Assembly: GCF_000246985.2 (NCBI RefSeq)
Contig: NC_022084.1
Span: forward strand, 1,218,268 to 1,242,267
Source of the DNA: Thermococcus litoralis DSM 5473
GTDB taxonomy: Archaea > Methanobacteriota_B > Thermococci > Thermococcales > Thermococcaceae
DNA: 24,000 nucleotides
Direction of reading: 5' to 3'
Positions 10,901 through 20,937 of this stretch are shown in pieces (within the stretch, counting starts at the first letter, position 1; each line of letters begins with the position of its first letter). Under the pieces are notes generated by a model that did no database searches, had not been told where the DNA came from, and was given only the letters and a program-made list of their open reading frames with translations. A program made the translations under genes and the position numbers.

Positions 10901-12627
10901 GAATTGAAAGCTTAGATATTTCTTATTGTTCAAGCCTATTGCGTGTGGTTCCAATAAGACTTTAAAAGAATTGAAAGAAGATTATGCTCAGTAGCCAGCT
11001 CACAAAGGTCCAAGGTTCCAATAAGACTTTAGAAGAGTTCCAATAAGACTTTAAAAGAATTGAAAGTGATAGGAACATTTTTGTTCCAATTCTGGAACAA
11101 AGTTCCAATAAGACTTTAAAAGAATTGAAAGCTTAGTGCTGCAGTAACTACTGCACCCGTGAACCCTGCATAACCGTTCCAATAAGACTTTAAAAGAATT
11201 GAAAGCACTTCGCAGTTATAGAGACATACGCATATGATGAGGTTCCAATAAGACTTTAAAAGAATTGAAAGGCCGTTTTAAGTGCACTGAGCCTTTTAGG
11301 TATGCCCTGTTCCAATAAGACTTTAAAAGAATTGAAAGACGCATTGTCTTCCTGTCGTAGACCACGGCTTCATAATCGTTCCAATAAGACTTTAAAAGAA
11401 TTGAAAGAGAATGAATAAATCATATTCTCGTTCATCAAGTCCTTAGTGTTCCAATAAGACTTTAAAAGAATTGAAAGTTGATGCCTTGCTAAAGTCCTCA
11501 CTGCTCATATAGTCAAGTTCCAATAAGACTTTAAAAGAATTGAAAGAACTTTATGTTTGCTTCCTTAACAATGCCGTTTATTAGTTCCAATAAGACTTTA
11601 AAAGAATTGAAAGATGCCTTATCAAAAACTTCCTTTCTTCATCATTTAAGTTCCAATAAGACTTTAAAAGAATTGAAAGTTAGCCAAATTGGGCATCAAG
11701 GCAGTTGACTATTACAGTTCCAATAAGACTTTAAAAGAATTGAAAGATTCTCAAGATTGTCTTCTCTGAAAAAGAAGCGGAGGTCGTTCCAATAAGACTT
11801 TAAAAGAATTGAAAGCATATTTAGTGTTATCCCGCTGAGGTACCTCGGGGATGAGAGTTCCAATAAGACTTTAAAAGAATTGAAAGCAGGCTTTACACAC
11901 TTTCGGTGGTGCTCCGACCTTGGTTCCAATAAGACTTTAAAAGAATTGAAAGTAAGTTAATCTTTCATCTCTACTATGAGTTCTCCTCGAGTTCCAATAA
12001 GACTTTAAAAGAATTGAAAGTACCTTAGCCGTCTTATTCACTGCGTCCCAAGTCTCCGTTCCAATAAGACTTTAAAAGAATTGAAAGCTTTTTACAACAT
12101 ACTCAATTGCCGTCCCATTTGCAGTTCCAATAAGACTTTAAAAGAATTGAAAGCATTATAAGCCTCTATAGCTGCATTAGCATATGTAGGTTCCAATAAG
12201 ACTTTAAAAGAATTGAAAGAGAACTTCTCCATAGCCCTTGCTGAAATCTTGACGTGCTCCCACGTTCCAATAAGACTTTAAAAGAATTGAAAGAGGTAAT
12301 ACTTACCAGAGGAATCTGGAGACACTACTTGTTCCAATAAGACTTTAAAAGAATTGAAAGAGAGAAACCATTTTTCTCAGAACTCTAAAATACCTCGCGT
12401 TCCAATAAGACTTTAAAAGAATTGAAAGGCTCTTAACTCGAACTCTGAAGCAAAATCTGTATGTTCCAATAAGACTTTAAAAGAATTGAAAGTATGTAGC
12501 CTTCAATTAATGAAAACGTATATTCGATGTGTTCCAATAAGACTTTAAAAGAATTGAAAGCTGATGGATTTGCTTGGGCTCGACGACAGGCTCATCGGTT
12601 CCAATAAGACTTTAAAAGAATTGAAAG
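7964..12627 (+). CRISPR. CRISPR array: 69 x 30-nt repeats, 68 spacers
   Basis: GTTCCAATAAGACTTTAAAAGAATTGAAAG recurs without variation by hand count, first at 7964-7993 and last at 12598-12627. The 68 spacers are 34-44 nt long and I found no duplicates. One extra 22-nt truncated repeat lies at 11015-11036. The repeat belongs to the Thermococcales family whose last 8 nt (ATTGAAAG) form the crRNA 5' tag. This sets transcription on the + strand, consistent with the leader on the left. Confidence 0.98.
11015..11036 (+). repeat. Truncated CRISPR repeat (positions 1-22, A18G) fused directly to the next full repeat
   Basis: GTTCCAATAAGACTTTAGAAGA is followed at 11037 by a complete repeat with no spacer between them. 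The missing part is exactly ATTGAAAG. The A-to-G change is at 11032. Confidence 0.9.
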
Positions 12628-12686
12628 TTCTTTCTTTTCGAGCTTGAGCTTCTTGAGGCAACTCATAAGCCTGAACAACCTACTTG

Positions 12687-12716
12687 GCTCCAATAAATCC
12701 TTATCTCTCTTTAATG
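12687..12716 (+). repeat. Possible decayed terminal CRISPR repeat
   Basis: GCTCCAATAAATCCTTATCTCTCTTTAATG matches the repeat at 17 of 30 positions, including 9 of the first 10. It lies 59 nt after the last perfect repeat, which is longer than any spacer in the array. The call is therefore weak. Confidence 0.3.
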
Positions 12717-12717
12717 A

Positions 12718-13728
<1,011 letters not shown>

Positions 13729-13729
13729 C

Positions 13730-14563
13730 TTAAAACTTCTTTTTTATCTTTAGCGTGTATTTTGGATAGATCCTCTTCGAGAACCTTACGAACTTTGTTT
13801 TTCTGGGAGATTTCTCAATTCTTATTCTCAAATGGGGTGGAAGTTGGGTATAGAACTGTCCATCAACGGTGAGAATAATTTCCCTTTCCGTCAATACCTC
13901 TATCTCAATTGAGGAAGAGTCCGGGACAACAAGGGGTCTTGCAGTAAGGGCAACTGGGGCTAAGGGGACTAGAAGAATAGCATGCAAGCGGGGGTCAACT
14001 AAAGGGCCTCCAGCCGAAAGGGCGTAAGCCGTTGAGCCTGTAGGAGTTGATATTATTAGACCATCAGCCCTTATCTCCTCGGCAAGCTCCCCATCAATGT
14101 AGTATTTGAGATGGGTTATCTTACCCGGAATTCCGGTTAAAACTACAACGTCGTTAAGTGCGTCGGGTATGTTGTTAAAGCCTTCAACAAAAGTCCTGAT
14201 TTTCATCCTCTCATCAATGAAATAGTCTCCCTCAAGAACTCTGGAAATAGCGAAAAAAGTTTCTGCAGGTTCAACCTCTGCCAAAAAGCCCAAAGTACCC
14301 ATATTTATTGCCAGAATGGGAATATCTCTAGTGGTTTTATGCTCAACTCTCAGAACAGTCCCATCTCCTCCAATGACTATCATCATGTCAACATCCATTC
14401 TCTCAAGGGGGATTACATCGTCAGGAGAAAAATGTGGAAAATTCTCATGGGCTTCTTCATCAACGTAAACCTCGTAACCACTTACCTTGAGAAAGTCGTA
14501 TACCCTATATGCAAGCTTTAAAGCCTCCTCACGGTCTCTTCGAGCGGCGATTCCAAACTTCAT
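13730..14563 (-). CDS. nadK: NAD kinase
   Basis: 277-aa ORF with the GGDGT motif ([13 protein letters not shown]), [10 protein letters not shown] and [15 protein letters not shown]. It converges on kae1 with only 1 nt between the two stop codons. Confidence 0.9.
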   Translation of the reverse strand: MKFGIAARRDREEALKLAYRVYDFLKVSGYEVYVDEEAHENFPHFSPDDVIPLERMDVDMMIVIGGDGTVLRVEHKTTRDIPILAINMGTLGFLAEVEPAETFFAISRVLEGDYFIDERMKIRTFVEGFNNIPDALNDVVVLTGIPGKITHLKYYIDGELAEEIRADGLIISTPTGSTAYALSAGGPLVDPRLHAILLVPLAPVALTARPLVVPDSSSIEIEVLTEREIILTVDGQFYTQLPPHLRIRIEKSPRKTKFVRFSKRIYPKYTLKIKKKF

Positions 14564-14567
14564 GATC

Positions 14568-15581
14568 TCACGCTCTACCCTTGCTTAGCTTTGCACCAAG
14601 ATAAACGCTCAATCCTCCCCCAATAATTGTTGGGAGCCAGAAGGATATAAACCTATCTAAGACCGTCGCGGTAACGGCTAAACTCTTATCAATTCTCAAG
14701 CTAAGATAGAGGGCAGAGTTAACTGCCTCCGTTATTCCAACCCCACCGGGAAGGATGCTTATCATTCCCAGAGCAATGCCGGCCATTTGAACCATTAGAA
14801 TCTTTTGAATCTCAAGATGGTACCCAATGCTTTCAAAGACAAAGTAAGTCCTAAGGAGCATGAACACCCAGAGGGCTAGAGAATAGAATAAGGTCTTACC
14901 CAACACAACCGGGTCTTTGGAAAGCTCCAGAAAAGTCTTTCTAAAATCCATTATGGATTTTTTGAGCTTTTCTTCGAGTGTCTCTTCTATTCCTGCAAAC
15001 TTTTCTGGAAATACACGCTTTATAAGCCCCGCTATCTTATTAAGCACCTTAAAGGCCAAGCTCTCATTCAAAGAAATCAAGAGGCTTACAACCACTATCA
15101 AAAGAAGCACTACCGTTGATATGGAAAGGACAGACAATAGGAGCTTTACCTTTAATGAGAGAGCGTACTTAAACGCAAGAAGGGTAAAAATGAGGACTGG
15201 AATAACATCCAAAATCCTATCGGCCATTATAGTTGCAAAAACTTGACCATAGCCGCTATTGGACTTTTTGGTTATCACATACATTCTAGCTGGCTCTCCT
15301 CCCGCCCTAGCACCTGGGGTTAGGTTGTTCGCAAATATCCCAACCATAGTGGCAATTATAATATCCCTCACCCGAACCCTCACTTCGGCTCTTTTTAGAA
15401 ATATTCTCCACCTAAAAGCCCATGCAAGGGTTGCAAGAATTTGCATAAGCAATGCCAAGAGAAAATATTCAAGCTTAGCCTCCATCACAAGCTTCAACGT
15501 CTCCTCTACCCCTGCCCACCATATAAGTGCTATTATAACTCCAATTCCAACAAAGATCATGAGGGAGTTCCTTTTTTTCAT
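14568..15581 (-). CDS. Polytopic membrane protein, flippase-like / lysylphosphatidylglycerol-synthase transmembrane-domain family
   Basis: 337-aa ORF with about 8 hydrophobic segments. It carries the family-typical RWRIFL and PGARAGGEP loop motifs. Its start ATG shares 1 nt with the upstream gene's stop (TGATG at 15581). Confidence 0.6.
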   Translation of the reverse strand: MKKRNSLMIFVGIGVIIALIWWAGVEETLKLVMEAKLEYFLLALLMQILATLAWAFRWRIFLKRAEVRVRVRDIIIATMVGIFANNLTPGARAGGEPARMYVITKKSNSGYGQVFATIMADRILDVIPVLIFTLLAFKYALSLKVKLLLSVLSISTVVLLLIVVVSLLISLNESLAFKVLNKIAGLIKRVFPEKFAGIEETLEEKLKKSIMDFRKTFLELSKDPVVLGKTLFYSLALWVFMLLRTYFVFESIGYHLEIQKILMVQMAGIALGMISILPGGVGITEAVNSALYLSLRIDKSLAVTATVLDRFISFWLPTIIGGGLSVYLGAKLSKGRA

Positions 15582-16732
15582 CAGCTCACCTTCCTTAGCT
15601 TTGCAATGAAGAAGCCTTGAGTGAGGTGCTTATGAGGGTAAAAGCGTTGTACTTCCTTTATCCCCAATCCGGGTGAGCCTATAAAAATTTTCTGCTCCTC
15701 AAGCTTTAGCCCCTTCTTTAGCATATACTGCACATTCCCCTCATTTTCCTCGTAGCTTAAGGTGCATGTAGAATAAACAAGTATCCCCCCTTTTCTAAGG
15801 CTTTTTATTGCAGCGTTTATGAAATGTCTCTGGTATCTTACCGTCGCTTCAATGTCCTTCGGCGTTCTCGTCTCCCAGAGCTTTGGTCTTACCCCTAAAG
15901 CCGTGCACGGAGCATCCAAGAGGATTTTATCGGCCTTAATCCCAAGACCCGGCAGATTTCTTGAGTCCATTTGAACGAGCTTAACGTTTTTCACCCCAAG
16001 TCTCTTAAGCTCTTTCTCCATTTTGGCGAGTCTGTTTCTAGATTTGTCTATTGCTATTATCTCTCCCCTGTTTTCAAGGAGCTGTGCTATGTGGGAAGTT
16101 TTTCCACCAGGAGCAGCTGCCATATCAATTATAAGGTCTTCTTCCTGTGGTTCCAGAATATGGGCAACAACCATGGAAGGAAGGCTTTGGGCATAGAAGT
16201 AGCCTTTTTCATAGGCTTTTAATTCATTCAGACTTGGGAGTTTGAATTTGGGGAGAGTTACTTCAACGGCTATTCCCCTCGTGGCAACAACCATTTCCTT
16301 GGCGCTCATCCTTGCAATGCCTATGCCCACGAGAAGTCCTTTAGGATCCCTTATCTGAACTTCATCTCCCTCCTTTATCCCTTTATCGGCCTTTAATACG
16401 CCTGGAGCATAGAGCTGAGCACCTTGGTAAACACTCTCCGCTGCAAATTTATTTGCAACGACCTTCGGCAACTTAGGTTCATAATCGTCGGGAAAATTCG
16501 GCCCTTCCCTTTCAAAATAGATGCCCTCTTCAAGGTATGGACTTCTTTTTGGTTTTAACCCTTCTTTTCTAAGCTCTTCCATGAGCTTCTGCCTGCTTAT
16601 CTTAAGTGTGTTGACCCTTATGTAGTACTTCTCTACCGGCTCCCTCAGCTTTTTCATTATCTCCTCCGCTTCACTTCCAAAAAGGTTGTAATAGTACCTT
16701 TGTAACTCTTCTGGAAAAGCTTCCTTGTACAT
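15581..16732 (-). CDS. RsmB/NOP2/Sun-family RNA cytosine-C5 methyltransferase with PUA domain
   Basis: SAM motif I is DMAAAPGGKTSHIA. Catalytic motif IV is LLDAPCTALG and motif VI is LVYSTCTLS. A PUA-like segment precedes the methyltransferase core (GDEVQIRDPKGLLVGIGIARMSAKEM). Confidence 0.85.
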   Translation of the reverse strand: MYKEAFPEELQRYYYNLFGSEAEEIMKKLREPVEKYYIRVNTLKISRQKLMEELRKEGLKPKRSPYLEEGIYFEREGPNFPDDYEPKLPKVVANKFAAESVYQGAQLYAPGVLKADKGIKEGDEVQIRDPKGLLVGIGIARMSAKEMVVATRGIAVEVTLPKFKLPSLNELKAYEKGYFYAQSLPSMVVAHILEPQEEDLIIDMAAAPGGKTSHIAQLLENRGEIIAIDKSRNRLAKMEKELKRLGVKNVKLVQMDSRNLPGLGIKADKILLDAPCTALGVRPKLWETRTPKDIEATVRYQRHFINAAIKSLRKGGILVYSTCTLSYEENEGNVQYMLKKGLKLEEQKIFIGSPGLGIKEVQRFYPHKHLTQGFFIAKLRKVS

Positions 16733-16740
16733 GAGATCAC

Positions 16741-17253
16741 CTAAATCTCAAGGACTTTATACTTCTTTGCCAGTTCTATAAATTCGAAGAGCTTGTTTTC
16801 AATATCTTGGCTATCTTCAGCCTCAACTTCAAACTGAAAAACCTGTTCTTGACCTCTTTTTATATCCATGTAAACTTCATCAGGGTTTCTGGGGGAGTGG
16901 TGATTGTAGATATCCTCCAAAAAGTTCTCCGTTCCGTAAATATAGCTTTTTGGGAATCTTTTGAGAAACTCGACGACAAATTCTTTGGTTATTTTTTCCT
17001 TAGGAATCCCAAACACGAAGTAAAAGCTTTGAATTGTTGCTCCTACCTCCCCCTGAGGCTTTATCTCAAAAGCAGGGTGAGGATAGAGCATCTCTCTCCA
17101 TTCACCCTCAAGGAAAATATACGCATTGAAAACTTCTTCCACAGGTTCGACTTTAAAGCCAAGGGGCTTAAGCTTTTCTCTCAGCACCTCGTTTAACTCA
17201 AAAATCTCACCCCAGATTTTGTTTAGATGATTGTGAATTTCAATCATTTTCAT
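16741..17253 (-). CDS. Hypothetical acidic protein, no family recognised
   Basis: Clean ORF. The ORF-track start is TTG at 17268. GGAGGTGA followed 5 nt later by ATG (17253) supports a 170-aa product starting MKMIEIHNH. I see no recognisable motifs. Confidence 0.55.
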   Translation of the reverse strand: MKMIEIHNHLNKIWGEIFELNEVLREKLKPLGFKVEPVEEVFNAYIFLEGEWREMLYPHPAFEIKPQGEVGATIQSFYFVFGIPKEKITKEFVVEFLKRFPKSYIYGTENFLEDIYNHHSPRNPDEVYMDIKRGQEQVFQFEVEAEDSQDIENKLFEFIELAKKYKVLEI

Positions 17254-17301
17254 AATTCTCACCTCCAATGAAAAATAGAAGGGAAAATTTAAAGGTTTAG
17301 G

Positions 17302-18189
17302 TCAGCTAAGGGCTAGATTCAACTGTTCAATTATGCTTGTCTCAACTCTCTTTTTGATTTCTGGGAGAGGCATCTCTACTTCTTTGTTGAGCACCTTCAC
17401 AGTTAGAGTGAGCTTTAAGGTTACTTCGCTCCTCTCTCCTCTCTTTATGTGCTCTGCAATTACCTTTGGAAGAATGTTTGTATCAACCACCGTTCTTATT
17501 TTTGCAGTGCCTCTGCCGTTTGCTGGGATTATGACTTTCTCAAGAAGCTCTCCCTGTGCTACTTGGTACCCATTGGCATCTATGTAGTATTTGACCCCAA
17601 AAAGTGGCAGAGGGAAGGAATTTGGGTTGTAAAGCTTTACATCGCTTAAAATCTCAATTTCATTTTCATCAATTTTTCCCCATTTAGAAGGCATTCCCTC
17701 TACCGCAGGAGTTTTGATTAAATCCCCAGAGCTCTCTATCGTTATGTTGCCGATATAATCCAACAAGTCAGTCTTGAGTGGATGTGAAAAACTTCCCCTT
17801 ATAATTGGGATACCAAATATTGAGCCACTCACCCTTATCTCGATATCACTCTGCTCCCCATTTCTTATGTGCTCCTTTAGGGCTTCAACGATCTCTCTGT
17901 TTTTGAGCACAAGCACCCCTCTTGCACTGTCCTTTAAGAATCCAATTTTTAGGTCTTTCAGCGTGCCCACCTTTATTCCTGCCCAGTACAAATCTGCTTC
18001 CTTAATATTTGCCGAAATTGGGAGAGGTTTCCCAAAATATACTGTTACGTCAAGTTCGATAGTGTTCTCATCAACGTATCCCCATTCGGCTCTTATTTGG
18101 GGGGTTAGAGTAATTAGCGTATAGCCTAAATAAGCTACCCAAAGAAACACGATGAGTCCTATCACTCCAAGTATCTTGCCTATGCCCAT
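17302..18189 (-). CDS. Membrane-anchored protein with two LEA_2/WHy-like (LEA14-like) repeats
   Basis: An N-terminal TM helix (ILGVIGLIVFLWVAYLGY) is followed by two related modules, EWGYVDENTIELDVTVYF... and KWGKIDENEIEILSDVKLYNPNSFPLPL.... NPN-x-FPLP is typical of LEA_2 domains. AGGTGA plus 5 nt plus ATG supports a start at 18189 rather than GTG at 18198. Confidence 0.6.
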   Translation of the reverse strand: MGIGKILGVIGLIVFLWVAYLGYTLITLTPQIRAEWGYVDENTIELDVTVYFGKPLPISANIKEADLYWAGIKVGTLKDLKIGFLKDSARGVLVLKNREIVEALKEHIRNGEQSDIEIRVSGSIFGIPIIRGSFSHPLKTDLLDYIGNITIESSGDLIKTPAVEGMPSKWGKIDENEIEILSDVKLYNPNSFPLPLFGVKYYIDANGYQVAQGELLEKVIIPANGRGTAKIRTVVDTNILPKVIAEHIKRGERSEVTLKLTLTVKVLNKEVEMPLPEIKKRVETSIIEQLNLALS

Positions 18190-18231
18190 AGCTCTCACCT
18201 AAAAATTGAAAGAATTGAAAGCTTAAAAGAG

Positions 18232-20937
18232 TTAGCTACCTTTTTTTCCTCTCCAGTATGTCCATAAAATTACTACCAAAGCTAGAACTCCAATAAACAC
18301 CCCAGCAGTTCTTAGGTTTCTTCTTGTTTCAGTATTTTCTTTAACGGGAATCGTAATTGATTCCTCAAAGACGTACACGTTGTCATCTCCGCTTTCCTTA
18401 TCACCAACTGCCCTGATCCTTACCTGAATCGTATAATCTTTGGGAATGGCATTGTTTGCTATGCTTAACTCCAAAACGCCTTCTCCTTCTTTACCTGGAT
18501 CAAGAGTTCCAATGTAATCGGATCTCTTTGATAGCGTAAAGGGCTGGTCAGCTTTTACAACGCCTTCTATTATCACATTTTCAGCCTGTTCTCCGCCGAT
18601 GTTCTTGACCCTTATGTACACAAGTACTTCTTCACCCTGCATTGGTGTTTTGTCAAAGCTAACTTTCTCAACAGTTATTTTCGGTTTTTCATTCACTATT
18701 ACTGGTATCTTGATCATATCCTCCCTTGCATTACCTGATGAGTCCTTGTATTCTATCTTTACTGGAATCTCGTACGTTCCTCCTTTTGCTCCTTCTTTAA
18801 TGTTTACTTTGAAGCTGGCTTTTGCTGAGTCTCCTTGTCTTAGGGTACCTATATTTATTATCTGCTCGCTCGTCTCACTTAACTCAAATGGATCCTCAGG
18901 CATTGGTTTTAGGATTATATAACGAGCACTTCCACTGCCTATGTTTTCCACTTCAAAGTTTATCTCTACGTTGTTCGTTCCAGCCAAAACCCTGCTAGGA
19001 GACGTTGAGACCTTTGAAATTATTAAGTGCTCCCTGCCGAGAATTGGTATGCCAATTAACCTGTCATCCGTTAGTTTTTCATCATTTGGTGTGCTAAGAT
19101 ATTCCAGTGAAACCTTTAGGGGATAAATACTGTTTTCGAGCCTTTCATTTGCTTTTAAGTGAAACTCCAGAATCTTCTCTTCTCCCGGAGCTAGCTCAGG
19201 CAAGTACTTTATATTATCCTCTCCGATAGGCAGGAAAGCATTTATGTTCTCCCTAGCGAGCTGTTCCATTATTTGGTTTATGGCAACTTGAAGGTTTTCG
19301 CTCATGCTCTGGCTTCCCTGTATTGGGAGGTTCTGAAGGGAGGATAGATCGACTTTCGTAACTTCTCCAGGCGCATTTACTTCACTCGGTTCTATTCTGA
19401 AGGAAAAGGCCCTTGCTCTCTCTTCGCCTACGTTTTTCACCTTTACCTTAAGCACAAACTCATCTCCAGGCTCTATTGCCTTTGGATCCATTTCAACACT
19501 CTCAATCTCAATAAAGGCCTGATTTCTTCTCACAACCTGGATTGAAAAGTCAAAGGTCTGCTCTCTTTGATCTTTTGAATCACCGCTGTAGTATGAAACC
19601 TTCAGCCTCATCGGATAGCTTCCAGTAGAGGCGTCTTCACTTACGTGCAGTCTGAACTTATACTTCATGATCTTGTTGGTATTTATTACGTAGGTAAAGT
19701 GCTGTTTTGTTGTGTTATCGATTAATATCGCTCCATTCTGGAATTCTAATGAAGGAGAGAGATCAACCAGCACCTCCTTTGCCGGCTCGAAACCAAGGTT
19801 TCTAAGACCAATAGTGACCTCAAAATCCTCTCCCGGGTGAACTATTTCCGGTTTTTCAATGTTCTCTATCTCAAAAGTTGCTTCTCCCTCTCGAATTACG
19901 GTTATGGAGAAATAATCAAAGCCTTGCAGCATTTGCAAATTCTCCCCCATCTGCACGTGGTATGCAAGTGAAATGTAGAGGGGATAAATACCAGGATCAA
20001 TGTTCTCATTTACCTTGAATTTGAATTCAACGACTTTCTCCTCTTTTCCGTCTAGATATTCTATGTACTTCACTGCGCTATCTACCGGCAAAAGAACACT
20101 CTGCACAACTCCGCTCTGGGATGCAACTTGGGCTATTACCTCACCCGTTCCTCCGCCGGAAGGAGCAAAAGAAACAGGTGTTGGAGACACAACCACCGTA
20201 ATGAATTTTGCTTTTAAAGCTCCTTCGTTCTTTATGTGGACTTTGACAGTAATTTCATCGCCCGGCCTAACTTTCTTTGGGGTTTCAGCCCATGTAGTAA
20301 GGTATGCCGATATCATCGAGGCTTTCCACTCAGAAGGGCCGCTTATGCTTATTCTCGCACCATTTGGATAAATCTGAAGGGCTGTAATAGATACCTTTTC
20401 CCCATCAACCTCAACTTCTATGGTCTCGTTTTCCCCTATGAGGTTTATATTGGGATAAGTGATCCTCATAAGAAGATCCTCTTTTGATATACCGAGTTCA
20501 GGATGCTCTTCAACGGTTTTAAACACTGCATCTACAATTTCTTCTTGGGAAGCACTCTCAAGCCACAGGTAGAATTGGGCGAGCTCTACGGGATTTGTTG
20601 TATCGTAGCCGAGAGTTTCTGCCATTGCGTAGAGGAATGTTGTGTTTGTAAGAAGCTCTTGTATTTTTTCCGGGTTGGGAACTTTTATTGACGCATAATC
20701 CATGTTAAGTACTTTGTTGTCTTTCAGGATAAGTATCATTGCTTTGTACGTACTTTCCGATTCATTCACTGCATAGTCTCTCTTGACATCCTGGAGGACA
20801 ACTACAAGTGGCCCAACAAGTATTGAATCTCCTTTGTTGAGGTAACCCTCAAAGAGAAGCTCTTCTCCAGCTAAAACAAAATTAAAACTGCTCATGACAA
20901 TCAGCAGTCCCAGTATAAGTCCAAGATGTTTTCTCAT
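18232..20937 (-). CDS. Large cell-surface protein with five CARDB-like (COG1361 'S-layer domain') beta-sandwich modules, signal peptide and C-terminal TM anchor
   Basis: 901 aa with an N-terminal signal-like segment (LGLILGLLIVMSSFNFVLA) and a C-terminal anchor (AGVFIGVLALVVILWTYWRGKKG). There are five repeats of the pattern PG-[DE]-x-[FV]...[KR]N-x-G...A: GDEITVKVHIKNEGALKA, GEDFEVTIGLRNLGFEPA, GDEFVLKVKVKNVGEERA, GTNNVEINFEVENIGSGSA and GEEVLVYIRVKNIGGEQA. The start overlaps the upstream stop (ATGA at 20934-20937). Confidence 0.75.
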   Translation of the reverse strand: MRKHLGLILGLLIVMSSFNFVLAGEELLFEGYLNKGDSILVGPLVVVLQDVKRDYAVNESESTYKAMILILKDNKVLNMDYASIKVPNPEKIQELLTNTTFLYAMAETLGYDTTNPVELAQFYLWLESASQEEIVDAVFKTVEEHPELGISKEDLLMRITYPNINLIGENETIEVEVDGEKVSITALQIYPNGARISISGPSEWKASMISAYLTTWAETPKKVRPGDEITVKVHIKNEGALKAKFITVVVSPTPVSFAPSGGGTGEVIAQVASQSGVVQSVLLPVDSAVKYIEYLDGKEEKVVEFKFKVNENIDPGIYPLYISLAYHVQMGENLQMLQGFDYFSITVIREGEATFEIENIEKPEIVHPGEDFEVTIGLRNLGFEPAKEVLVDLSPSLEFQNGAILIDNTTKQHFTYVINTNKIMKYKFRLHVSEDASTGSYPMRLKVSYYSGDSKDQREQTFDFSIQVVRRNQAFIEIESVEMDPKAIEPGDEFVLKVKVKNVGEERARAFSFRIEPSEVNAPGEVTKVDLSSLQNLPIQGSQSMSENLQVAINQIMEQLARENINAFLPIGEDNIKYLPELAPGEEKILEFHLKANERLENSIYPLKVSLEYLSTPNDEKLTDDRLIGIPILGREHLIISKVSTSPSRVLAGTNNVEINFEVENIGSGSARYIILKPMPEDPFELSETSEQIINIGTLRQGDSAKASFKVNIKEGAKGGTYEIPVKIEYKDSSGNAREDMIKIPVIVNEKPKITVEKVSFDKTPMQGEEVLVYIRVKNIGGEQAENVIIEGVVKADQPFTLSKRSDYIGTLDPGKEGEGVLELSIANNAIPKDYTIQVRIRAVGDKESGDDNVYVFEESITIPVKENTETRRNLRTAGVFIGVLALVVILWTYWRGKKGS

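Noticed and set aside
9474-11929. ORF-track entries inside the CRISPR array (9474-9734, 9701-9937, 11696-11929, minus strand)
   Set aside because: Their translations are periodic read-throughs of the repeat (recurring SILLKSYWN and FNSFKVLLE). They are artefacts of the repeat lacking stops in those frames, not genes.
7994-12597. Strand (purine/pyrimidine) bias of spacers as a sign of selection for mRNA-antisense crRNAs, and self-targeting spacers
   Set aside because: A hand tally of the first 45 spacers gave a mix of pyrimidine-rich, purine-rich and balanced spacers with no convincing skew. I saw no spacer matching elsewhere in the window by eye. That scan is not exhaustive and needs a computational search.
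12659-12688. Second candidate degenerate repeat in the array trailer
   Set aside because: Only 12 of 30 identities when aligned on the ATAAG core, which is indistinguishable from chance in AT-rich sequence.
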